This document shows, piece by piece, positions 46,968 through 59,226 of a DNA stretch of 64,000 nt. The DNA is from Eremomyces bilateralis CBS 781.70 (lineage: Eukaryota), in assembly GCA_010015585.1 (NCBI GenBank), contig ML975162.1; one strand, 5' to 3'. The notes under the pieces are model-generated. The model worked only from the letters and a program-made list of their open reading frames with translations, searched no databases and was not told the origin of the DNA. The position numbers and the translations under genes were made by a program. Position 1 is the stretch's first letter. The number at the start of each line of letters is the position of its first letter.

Positions 46968-49900
46968 ATGAGCGCCGCCTTCGCGGGAGGAGGCGGTCCA
47001 CCCGCGGGGCCTCGAGGACGAAAGGAGAACAACGGACAGTCTCCATATGGCGGATGGCAGCCGGGCAGCAACAGCCAAGGCGAATTGGGTCCGAATCGAT
47101 CGTTCTATATTGATGATGCCGACCGCGAGAACTCGAATCTCCAACCCAACCCTCATCCATCAGCCCTCACCGCTAATTCGAATCCGAACGATAAGACACA
47201 ATCGAATCTCAGTCTGGAGGAGAAAGCCAAACGAGATGGTTCCAGACAGCGAACTTCCACGGAGCTGGGAAGAAGACCAAGCGGGCCGCGTTTCTGCGAG
47301 AAATGTGGTGAGCAGCTGCAAGGACAATTCGTCAGAGCGTTGGGTGCTCTATGGCACTTAGAATGCTTCTCATGCAGGGTGAGTTGTTTGCGTATGGTTT
47401 TGCGAGAGGTTGCCGGAGGCTGATGTAGGTGGTATAGGACTGTGGTAAAACGGTGGCCCAGAAGTTCTTCCCTCGCGAAGAGGAAGACGGTTCTGGTAAA
47501 CAGTTTGCCCTCTGCGAGACGGACTATTTCCGACGCCTGGATCTTCTCTGTGCCAAATGCGGTGGTGCTCTGCGGGGTTCTTATATTACCGCCGTCGACA
47601 AGAAGTACCACATCGATCACTTTACGTGCTCTTCGTGCTCCTTGGTGTTTGGTGAAGCCGACAGCTACTACGAGCACGAGAGCAACGTATATTGCCATTA
47701 CCACTATTCCACTCGATACGCTGCTAAGTGCAACGGTTGCCAAAACTCCATCTTGAAGCAGTTCATCGAATTGTTCCGGAACGGAGTAAACCAGCATTGG
47801 CATCCTGAATGCTATATGATCCACAAGTTTTGGAACGTCCGATTATGGCCTTCTGGTCAAGACGCACCGGATCGTTCAACGATCGAAGGCGATGTTGACC
47901 CTAGAGAACGGGATCGAGTGATGAAAGCCGAGGATGGAGTCGAGAACAAGGTCCACTTCATCTGGATTTCGTTGTCGATGTACGAAGAGAAATCGGCGAC
48001 TCGAATATCGGATATGCTCCTTCAAGTCAGCAACGGGCTGTACTATGATAGCATCAAGTCGGCCCGGTACTTCATCACCCATTGTGAAGTCCTTTTCAAT
48101 GGCTGTACGGAAGTTGAGAGACTCTGTTCCTCGGCACAACCACAGAAGATTGAGCTTCATTACGAACGAGAAGCGAAGGTCCTTTGCAAGAAGCTCGTTG
48201 GATTCTTCACGTTGATGGCGGAATCCGCCAGGAATGATGCTGTACAAGGAGTCAGCCAGGACCTTCTCACGTTGGTAACCGGTCTAGCACATTACCTGAA
48301 GCTCGTTATCCGTATTGCTCTCCAGGGGTCGTTGAAGCATCAGCATACCAACGGCAGCGACGAGGCGTTGCACAAATTGCTTGGCAGCGTCAATGGTCTC
48401 GAGGAGACTATAAAAGTCAGCGGGGAGCCCCCTCAGCAGGAACTCGACATGCTCGTCACAGTCGACGCAGACCGATGCAGAGAATGTGGGGAGAATACCG
48501 AAGGCCGCACCGTCTTGTCGGATATCAAGAGGGCCCCGATGATGGTGTTCCACCCGCAGTGCATCAAATGTTGGAGTTGTCAAAGGCCATTCCCGGATCC
48601 CAGTCTGGAAGCGTATTGGTCACGGTCCACAAACAGAGTGGTCTGTAAGGACTGCGTCCGAGCCAAGGAGCCGGCATTTGACGATGCTGCGCTTGTCTTT
48701 CATGTTGCGTCTCGTCTGCAGAATTTCGCGCATTTGTTGAAGGTAGCACATGCGAGATTGCTGGCGTCGATGAAGCAGATGATGAGAATAACGCAGACGA
48801 CTGGTCAGTCCACTAGAATGCATGATAGAAGAGCGGAGGTGCTGACTGAAAGTAGATGATTCACTCCTACAGATGGGAACGACTGGGGGGATGGGAGAAC
48901 CCCCGATGCTAAGCCCAGATAGTCGTTCAAGATCATATGCGGCGCCGAGTGTCCGTGACGGTGAAAAGGTCGCTGCCTATCAGGAAAGCATGGGCAAAAT
49001 TTCCCGGATGAGATCAACACGGCTCGACAAACGTTTATCTTCCACCATGCAACGTGCACGCTCTTCACGCATCATCAATTCGCCTGAAGGTCTCACTGCA
49101 CGTCCGGGATCTTCCGATGATCAACCAACTCAAGATCGTGGTTTGATGCAAATTATTGATCAAGAAGAACCTTACACCTCACCATCCCTAGGTGTTGCTG
49201 GCCACTCTTTTGGTACTGGTCCCGTCCTTGACGACCTCCCGCGGCTGTTCGCCCGCGAACAGGCCAGACAACTTCACCCGAACGCCGCGAGATACGCTGG
49301 TGACAATCTCATTCCGGAAGACAACATGTTCAGAGGAGTCAAGTATCTAAATGGGCATGCGCGGCAGACTTCCGGAGATCAGAACGGTAATGGCATTCCT
49401 ACCGGCTATCAACAGCAGAAGAAATATTTCAGCCAACTCTCTCCCGTCGACGGCTTCATTGTCAAGCACGTATCCGTTACGGTCCTATCTTCATCTCCCG
49501 GCGGAGATTTCACTCAAGACGAACTCTTATCCCTCATCGAGACACGCAGCAATTCCGTCTGGAAACGCCTATTCGCCAAAAACGACCGTTCAAAACAGAA
49601 AACACGAAACCGAGCAACGGTCTTTGGCAATGACCTTGCCTTTGTCATCGAGCACAAAGGTGCTGAAACCACCGACTGCGTTGGACCTGGCTCTCTCCGT
49701 GTCCCTGCCGTCCTCGCTGACGCCATCACTGCAATGCACAACATGGACATGACCGCCGAGGGCATCTTCCGCAAGAGCGGGAACATTGGCAAGCTTCGCG
49801 ATCTGGCCTCCAAGATCGATGCCGATGGCTCAGACTCCTCTGAGCTCATCAAAGAAGGCCCAATTCAAGTTGCTGTTCTCATCAAGCGATTCCTCCGCGA

Positions 49901-50843
49901 TCTCCCAGAGCCTCTCCTGACATTTAAGCTCCATAAACTCTGGATCCACACTGCCAGTAAGTATCCCGGTTATCACTTTCACCATCGCCTGCCAATGCCA
50001 CACACTTGGGGCTTGACGCACCTATTTTGTAGGCAGATGTTGTGTCAATTGCATATCATCAATTCCCATCGTCGATGCCCCTTTTGTGGGTCTCGTGACA
50101 TGGTCACGTGCTTTCATGGTCGAGATTGCAGAGCTAACTTCGAATAGAAATCACACATCAGGAAACTCGTCTTCGTGTGCTTCATCTCACAGTCTGTCTT
50201 CTTCCAAAGCCCAACCGTGACACCTTGGAAGTGCTCTGCAGCTTCCTCGCTTGGGTTGCTTCTTTCAGCCTCGTGGACGAGGAGACTGGCTCGAAGATGG
50301 ACATGCATAACCTTGCGACCGTCATCGCACCAAACATTCTTTATGAGAAAGCTGCAGATGATAAGAGAACACTGCCAGATCCCAGCATCAGCTTCCTTGC
50401 GATTGAGACTGTGTTCAACCTGATCCAACACGTCGAAGAGTTTGCTGAGGTTCGTACCCCCTTCATGGTTCTCGGTGGTCGTCCATTTGCATGATCGCTA
50501 ATATTTCTCGATTCAGGTCCCAGCTGATATCCAGCACATCATGTCCGATCCCACCTTGTTTGGAGATGCTCCAACGGAGATCACCACGAAGGAAATCCTC
50601 AAGCGTGTCACCGAATACGCCAACCGTCCCAAGGGGGAGCAGCCCTCCCAAGCCGTTCATACTCGCCAGAATGATTCTCGCTCCGCAGCTCCCGTTGTCC
50701 ACAATCAGGATTCGTCGGCTTGGGGACATACTGAGGCGACCGTTGCCGGACCGAGTGGTACCCGACCCTATCGATCTCAAGCCGAGGTGGTTGGAAGCGC
50801 ACAACCAATCCGATATCCTGTTGGAAATGGACATGCGGTTTAG
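46968..50843 (+). CDS. LRG1: LIM-domain Rho GTPase-activating protein (Lrg1/Rga1 type), 5 exons
   Basis: Tandem LIM domains (CEKC…WHLECFSC, CAKC…YHIDHFTC, CNGC…WHPECYMI) and a RhoGAP domain with arginine finger EGIFRKSGN and SKMDMHNLATVIAPNIL. Introns at about 47379-47437, 48803-48872, 49957-50147, 50450-50517. Confidence 0.9.
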
Positions 50844-53010
50844 GTGACGCCGAACTTGACGTGCTCATCGCACCTGGTCAACACCCTAGGAACGAATTCT
50901 TCGAAACACTACAGACGATTGATATGGAATAAGCTGGATTTTCTACTATTATGTTTCATGCAGCTTAACCACTTGCTCGACTGCTGCATGAAATTTTAGC
51001 CCAGTGCCATAATCTCTCGAGGCAGACGTATATGTCGTCTTGGTGTCGCGTCACCTCTCCATGCCTCTCAAAAAGCGGTTTCGCCAGCTCCCTCTGATTT
51101 TCACACCGGCCAGAATTCCAACAGTTTCATGCAGACTTCTTTTCACGCGGAATCTCATTCTGGCATCTTGTATTAGCCTTCCCCATGACGTCGAAAAACA
51201 GCCATTCACCCCTTCGCTTCGAAAAATTCTGTGTTGGCACAATATCCTACTCGCATGCGGCTCTGAAATTGCAAACCTGGTTTTCTTCGCTGGCCCATGG
51301 CCTTGGTTTTCCTACGAAAATTTCATACCACTGGCGAGCAAGCAAGCAAGCGGCCTGCGGTTTCCATTTGTTTCTAATCCACCCCATTGGCGACGAACGA
51401 TTCGGAGTTTTTTTTATATTTCATGGATCCGCTCTCGGAGCGAGCACGGATGGGATGGAGCGCGAGAATCCAGGATATGGGCGTTCAGTTTTCAATATTC
51501 ACCTTGCTTGATCGATTGATGGAGGGTGGGGCTTCAGGACTACCTAAGTCGGGTCTATTTGGTGACCCAGAGAGTCTTTTGATGGAAAGTTTTCATTTCG
51601 AGTTTACTCATCACGAATCATGAACGATCCAGAAACATCAGAACAGCGCGTCCAGGATCAAACACATACATCCCACGTTCTCATATGTATCTCACTCACG
51701 ACTCGCGACCCGTGGTTTGGCATTTTCTTGCCTTGCCTCTCGCTCGCTTTCCTCTGCCGCCTCTCTTTCCGGGAAGTTTTTTTTTCCTGGATTTCCGGGT
51801 TTCATGCATTGGATTGAATTCCGGGGACGGCGGACCGTGGAGGGATGGGATCAGGGAGGATCATGAGCATCCTGCGGGTTCTGTGGTCTTTTGCTGTGTT
51901 CAATACAATAAACGGGTCCCTTTGTATAGTAGCGAAAAAATTGAAACAAAAAACAATAGTCGTCCCCCCATGCGTGATTGTGATTATGGCTGCTTGATCT
52001 GCCTGTTTTGGCTGTTGTCCGGATAGGTGTGTTACTTCAAGCTGTAAACATATCACCAATAAGTTACACAATTTCAGTTATAAAACCTGAAGGAAGTCAT
52101 CTTCGATACTAGTGGATATGCTGTCGTCTTGCGGTACGTTGTCTTCTATCAAATTTTATCCAGGTACTGTTCACGATTAACTCATGTTATTCCCAGCCAT
52201 TCACATGTCTATTCGGTATTGGGGTGTGTTTGCTAGACTGATAGATTGTACTGATGGGACGAAAAAGGGGTTAATGCTTTCTTTCCCACTGTGTATCCAG
52301 TTTGAAAGGCCACCACTCTATTATGATAATCTAAATAATAGTGGCTTTAATATTCATGATGCTCTGAATAATTTGCAAGTTCATCAACTCCGGTCAGAAT
52401 ATTGGACGCATCAGATAACTGTGTCGCCTCATTCCAGTTCCTACGTTTTGACCTGCCATTCTACCGTCAGTAACAGATAAACCATTGCAAAGCGAGACGG
52501 GCACGAGTCAAGTCAACCTTCGAGCAGTATCATGAAAGGGTAGGAGATATAGCACATACGGTTTAGTGGAAGAGAGCAATACCGCTGTATTCAGAACATA
52601 ACAACACATCCGTTCCTTCGACTCGCGAAAGTTTTGTATGTACAACGGAACATCAAAATATACGGAACGGAAAGACATCAATCTACGCTCACCGCCCCCT
52701 TTAGCTCTCCTTTAGCTTCTCAAACCCATCCATTCTACAGCGAATCCTACCATGCAAACCAACCACGAATAGCGCTGATCAAAAACACACGGCCGCTTTG
52801 ACACGAACACGAAACAGGGGACGATACGGTAGGTCACGTAGCGTTCAAATTAAAAGGAAATAAAAGGTCAAGTCCCCCTAACCACCACACCAAGAATGTC
52901 CACAGCGAATGTGCAAGCGTATCGTTCGCCAAACCAAATCAACCCATGCTTCTACCACGTCCAACCTGCCCGTCCCCCCATCGCAATGCGCTGAAATAAT
53001 TCCGTGCCGT

Positions 53011-56000
53011 CTAGAATCCAAACGGGTTGTTCGGCGCTGTGCATAGGTCAGTATTGCTCATTTCCAAAAAAAAAATCGGGGGCGTGGAAGATGTGAGGGG
53101 GTGCACGTACTCGCCTGACTCAAATTCGCCCGCCGTCCCGTCGGCTGCGGCGCCAACTTCTTCTGCCCGGCAACCCCGAAGCGCACGGGCGGCGGCGGCC
53201 CCGTCTTCTGGGGCTGCAGCGGCTGTGCGGCGGGTTGGCTCTGCGGGATCGGCGGGACAGGAGGTGGTTGGAAGCCGGTGGGTTGGGAGGCTTGGAAGCC
53301 GGTGGGTTGTGGCTGGAGAGCGGGGGGGAGGAAAGCGTTGATGCCGGTGGGTTGGGGGTGGAGAGGAGAGGGGGAGTAGGTGGACGGGGATTGGAACCCG
53401 GTGGGTTGGGGCTGGAAGGGGGCGCGGGGGGGGTCGGCGAAGGGTGAGCCGGATTGGTTGCCGAGGTTGGTGGGTTGGGGTTGGAAACCGGTGGGTTGGG
53501 GTTGGAACCCGGTGGGTTGGGGTTGGAACCCGGTGGGTTGGGGTTGGAACCCGGTGGATTGGGGTTGTTGGAATTGGGCGTTCGGGTACGACATCGGCAT
53601 GCCGTTGGGGCCGAATTGGGGTTGGAACCCTGTGGGTTGCGGCTGCATTTGAGCGTATTGCTGCGCCATTTTCTGCTGGTTCAACTCGATCATGCTCTGG
53701 CCCGGGCCGGAGGGCTGCGCGTGGATGACGCCGGAGTGGTAGCCGGTGAGCTGCGGCTGCAGCGGCGGTGGCTGGAACGCGTTCTGCTGCGCATTCGGCG
53801 CGGACGAGGCGCGCGCGGGAGGAGGCGCGATGAGGGAGTTCCCGGTCGTCTGTTGCGGAGGAGCAGGTCGTTGTCGGGACACATTGAGGCCCTGGGGTGG
53901 CGCCTGTGCAAGCTGGTCGAAGAGAGAGGGAGTGGCGCCGGTAGGTTGTGCGGGCTGTGCGGGCGCGACAGCTTGGTCGGGGGCTGCTGTTGGAGGAGAT
54001 GGTTGGGCTGGCTGGGCTATTGTCGGCTGCAGAGGTGGACTGAGCAAGGAGAGTTCGGCGAGCGATCCAGTGACTGCAGGAGAAGGGCTGGATACCGGGG
54101 CCGAAGAGACTTGAACGGCGGACTTGGATTTCCGCGGCTCCCAGGCATTATCGTCAAAGCCACCAACGTTGTCCTTCTCCGGAGGTGGTGGTCCAGAAGC
54201 GATTGGCGTAGGTTTGGCGTCTTCCGGCTGCGCTTCCTTCTCGTCTTTCAGCCTGAACGCGTCGGCATCCACTGTGTTGTTCGTCTCAACCGGTGGAGCT
54301 GGGCGGCCCTTCTTCGTATTGTTCAAGAGCGTGCCACCCGGCCCAGAGAAGAGCCCACCAGCAGAGCCATTCGCTCCGCCACCCTCACCTCGATTGAACT
54401 TGGAATCCAGGTACTTCATGATGCGCAAGATGTCACCCTCTTTGATGCCTAGCGTGCGTAGCGTCTGTGGATTGATGGCCTCCATGGTCTCCTCTCCCAT
54501 CTGATCGCGCTTGAACGCCTGATTGTATCGCTCGCAAATCTGCGGATTGACTCCACACGCCAGGAAGAAATCGAACCAATCGTACTTGCTACCGGCGCTC
54601 CGGTCGATGCTGGCTCCGGCTGTGGGGGATCCCCGCCTGGAATTCTTGCTTCGGATCTCGGAGAGCGGCTTATCCTCATCGAGAGAGACACCGGTGGCAT
54701 CCTCCACGTACTCAATATCGACCATGGACATCTTGGAAACGGGGACGGCGATGCGCACGCCGTTGAGCTTATGCAGATGAATCTTGCCTTCCCGGAGGCC
54801 AAGGAATTCAGCATCAACCTTGAATGACTCCGTCCGATCAGTCCATTGGCGAACTTTGGCCGGATTTGGTTCTGTTGTACGATCAATACTTGCACAAATA
54901 CAATAGTCTACGGATTGACAAGACTTACTCTCCGCCCGCGAACTACCCTGCGTGCTTCCCCGCTTCGATTTCCGCTGCGAACCACTTCGGCTAGAGGGAT
55001 CATCTCTCATGAGACTGCTTCCTCTCTGCGGGAGCGGCAATCCCGGTCCCACCGAACCGTTTTCCGACTTCTTATGACCCCTCTTCGAGGCGCCCCGCGC
55101 CTGTCGCTCTTCTTCCGCCCGATTCTTTTCCACGGTGCTGCGAGTATCGAGACCCCCGGCCGTCAACTCGACGTACTGAGCAGGCACGACGCCCTCGTCG
55201 CCCGTCCGCATGTTCTGCACCTTCCACCACTCTTCGCTAGAGCGGTCGTCGAGGATCTCTACGTGGTCGCCTTCCTGGACGGCGATTTCGTCGGCGTCGT
55301 TCGGGGAGAAGTCGAACTTGACGATGCCCGACTTTTTTCGGCTGGCGTTGCCCTGCGCGGCGTTGAGGATCTCGGCCATGGGACCGAGCTCCGACTGCGA
55401 TCGGACGGCGCCGGAGATTTCGCCGAGCATGCGGGTGATTTCCTCGGCGGTCTCGGTGTTGCCGGCGTGGATGTGGAACTCATGCGACGGGCGAATTACG
55501 ACGATGAAGACGCGTTTGCCCTCGATGCTGTAGTTCGTCATGTGACTGCCGTCCCATACCTGCTCCTTTCCTTTCTGACCACCACCCGAGTCGATCTCGG
55601 ATACCATGATCCGGCAATTCCGAACATCAATACCTAGCACCGACTTAATCTTATGCTCCTTTCCAAGCGCGCTCTTGACCTGATAGATATTGAACAACTT
55701 GAAGCTCCCTCCGAAGTTGTTGCGTGGCGGCGGCGTCGATCGAGACTCTGTAGGAGAAAAAGTTGGGGATATCGGGGACATCGGGGACATCGGAGGGGGG
55801 GACACTTCGCTTGGCGGTCTTCGAGGTAATTGAGGCGTGTCTTCCTCCTCTTCGGCGAACCGCACGCTTCGGGATGGCAACGGCGGGGCGTCTTCATCTT
55901 CCGCGGGCGGTGGAGGTACTGGACGCGACTCTCGTGCGTAAGAATCTCTTGCCGGGGCACTGTATCTTGATGCAACATCGTCACCACCGCCCGTCTTCTG

Positions 56001-56528
56001 CGCAAGTATCCCAGCCAGAGCAGCAGCCGGGCTCTGCGTCGGGGTATCCGGAGACGGAGGAATGGATTCTGGTTCTTCTACTGGAGCAGCTCTCGGCAGT
56101 GCCGGGGCAGCTGGTGGTCGAGCCGGTTTCGGAGGAGCCTGTTCGTCATCTTCCGCTTCCTCGATGTAGTTCGACGGAACGAAGCCAAACTCTCCGTTGA
56201 AGCCAACGAGGGTCCAGTCGGGGTCGGAAGTGTCATAAACATCGAGGAGCGACTCTTCGGTGAACGACAGTTCCTCATCCGTTTGACGAGTGTAATCATA
56301 CAGCGCCTTTGCCTTGTTCGAAGCGGTCGCCTCCTCGACGTAATTATTCGGGATCAGGCCTTCGGGCTCCTCTTCGCCTTCGTCGGCTGCCTTCTTCTTC
56401 GCCTTCCACCAGCCATCGTCCGCGCTCTTGTCGAGAACAAAAAGCAAATCACCATCTTGGATTTCCAACTCTCCTTCTCCTTGCGGAGCATAGTCGTATA
56501 TGGCTCGGTAGACACCCTCGAAACCCAT
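53011..56528 (-). CDS. SLA1: Endocytic adaptor Sla1 (3 SH3 domains, SHD1, SAM-like SHD2, QPTG repeats)
   Basis: Two N-terminal SH3 domains, a third SH3, SHD1 (RQWTDRTESFKVDAEF…IHLHKLNGVRIAVP), YDWFDFFLACGV, QPTG repeats, and a terminal exon PNNPFGF* (stop 53011-53013). Confidence 0.95.
53471..53554. repeat. Four near-perfect 21-bp tandem units encoding Sla1 (TGFQPQP)n
   Basis: tgggttggggttggaa[a/c]ccgg x4, read directly. Confidence 0.9.
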
Positions 56529-57777
56529 GGCAGGCGACGCCGGATGGTATGTGGGAGCCTACGCTAGTGCTCGGACGGGTGGTCTAACGATTGTTCGGAT
56601 TGGCTCCGTATGAGGAATGTCGTGGTCGGATAGGACTTGGGAGGGTGATTACATGAAGAGGGTGGTAATCTTACGTTCAGGGCGTGGCCAGGAACAGGGG
56701 TATGATGGCGAGGAAGATGAAGGGGGTAGAGAGTTGTGAGAGTAGCGGAATGAACGGACTAGCGATATCAAAGGGATCTTAGAGCGAATAGCAACAAATC
56801 CAGATCTGGAGGGGAACTGGAGGCTTCAAGCGAAGCAAAGGCCTTGGACATGGCAGAGGGATCAACGGAGTGAGCGGGAGCTTCGGTTTGGAGGTTCAAA
56901 CGCGAAGTTTGAGGCTGGTGCTGTGGAGACTAAGGACTGTGGCGGTGCTGTGGCATATCTCTAAATCACGTGGAGTAAGTAGGAGAAGTTGGCAAGTTGC
57001 TCCAACGAAAGACGTCCTGGAAAGAACTGTTCTTCTCTAGTACTCTCTGACTCTCTCCCTCCATCATGCTGATTCCCGGTTCTTGCATATTATTGTTAAA
57101 ATGTTCCATGACAGGTTGAAGAATATAGAATGCTCGTTCCAAGGAGTACTACTCCAATCATCCAGCAGGTCACTCAAACGAACACGAAGGTGTGGATGAG
57201 AGAAGGTATTGATCCTTCGTTTTGGGGACACAAGAGCATGACAGGATATATTGGTCTCCATATAGAGGATAAGTGGATAATGGCAGGACTGGAAACAGGA
57301 AACTGAAAATGTCTGCATTTTGAATCTTCCCCGGCGTAAGCGGCAAGACGCAGGAGATGGCTAATATTATGAGGGTTTGTCCCACTCCTTGCTCCTCTCC
57401 CATCCGCACGACCATGAATATCAATTGTAAAGTCAGGGTAGTTTATCCAGTGATTCAATAATCAATATGCCAAAACAATACCCTGCCTTATTATTGTTCT
57501 CTTGTCGCGCAAAACAAGGCCAGATGAACCGCCAGTCCTATGTGGACCGTGCAGTCGCGTCTGGACGCGCCGTTAACCCGCCACTTTGATATCTCCCTCT
57601 ATCTGCCCATCATCAACACAAACAATCCGTTCGCACCAACACGCCCTCATATCTCACATTGAATTTCTCTCATGCTCATACCATCTTAACCATTTGAAAA
57701 CCATCCATCATCACCCATAACTACACCAAAATCCCCTTTCCAAATCCACGGAATCATCTTACCATACATCTGCCAAT

Positions 57778-58755
57778 ATGTCGGTGGTATCACTACTCAA
57801 CGTGAAGATCTGTAACAATCCCGCTACCTTCACCTCTCCATACCAGTTCGAAATCACATTCGAATGCCTGGAGAACCTCCGCGAAGACCTCGAATGGAAA
57901 CTCACCTACGTCGGCTCCGCCACCTCGTAAGCCCCTCCCCCCTCCCGGCCCCCCCCCCTTCATACTACTAACCCCCTCCCCAGCTCCGAACATGACCAAG
58001 AGCTCGACTCCCTCCTCGTCGGCCCCGTCCCCATTGGCGTCAACAAATTCATCTTCCAAGCCGACCCCCCGGACCTCTCCCGCATCCCCAGCAGCGAGCT
58101 CCTCGGCGTCACCGTCATCCTGCTCACCTGCAGCTACGATGGCCGGGAGTTCGTACGCGTCGGCTACTACGTGAACAATCAGTACCCCGACCAGTTTCCG
58201 GAGCTGCAGGCCGACCCGCCCGCGAAGCCGATCATCGAGAAGATCGAGCGGAATATCTTGGCGGATAAGCCGAGGGTGACGAGGTTTGCGATTAAATGGT
58301 ACGTGGATTATACAGTCACCTTAGCAATTGATATGGGTGGAGTGCTAATGCGAGATGCTAGGGATTCGGATGAATCTGCCCCCGCTGAATTCCCGCCCGA
58401 CCAGCCTGAAGCCGACACGGTGGACGACGACGGTGATCTGTACGGTGCCGAGGAGGAAGAAGAGGAGGTTGAGGAAGTTGTTGCGGTGGAAGCGGAGGGC
58501 GATGACACGGAGATGGGCGGTGCAGAGGAAGGCGCAGATGTAAAAGTTGAGGTGGAGGAGGAGGATGACGACGACGCAGGAAGCGAAGACCTCGAGGCGG
58601 AGAGCGACGGAGATGATGAAGAGGAGTTAGAGGACGAGGAAGGCGAGGGGGAGGAGGAGGCGGATGAGGAGATGGAGATGGGAGAGGATGAGACAAAGCC
58701 GGCGAATGGGGCGCCGATTGAGCAGAATCAGCAGCAGGAGATGATGGTTCATTGA
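57778..58755 (+). CDS. ASF1: Histone H3/H4 chaperone Asf1, 3 exons
   Basis: [32 protein letters not shown]…[48 protein letters not shown], acidic tail. Introns at about 57927-57982 and 58299-58361. Confidence 0.97.
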
Positions 58756-59226
58756 GGTTTCAGATGCTGTGATGTGGCTACGAGATGATAAGAAGATGCT
58801 GGATGAGTGATGGGCGTCACCGATGCTCTAATGAGGACGCTGTTGAAGTCTACACGGAGTGGTCGTTGAGCGCATATGGCAGCGTGGCATTCCCAAGCGA
58901 CTTGGCCTTACCAGTATTCCCATGATAGATCTACGAATTGATTCCAAGTACGGTTTCTTACTTCATTTTGATTGGATGCCCTCCATGATATAGTGTCGGA
59001 TAATACTAATAATTTATATCGGATGGTGAAGCTTTGAATAATATCAATGTTCCTGCATTAGTTCCCTTGTTCCGCCCTCCGCCACATCCGGAAAGTCGGA
59101 AGTCGATACAACAAAGCACTACGTAATCCTCCAAGCTTGAATCTTCACAAACATGATGAGCGCCAAATGATTTTCAACCATCCTAACGAATAACTCTCAT
59201 GATAGTAAATTAGTAATCCCTTGAAA

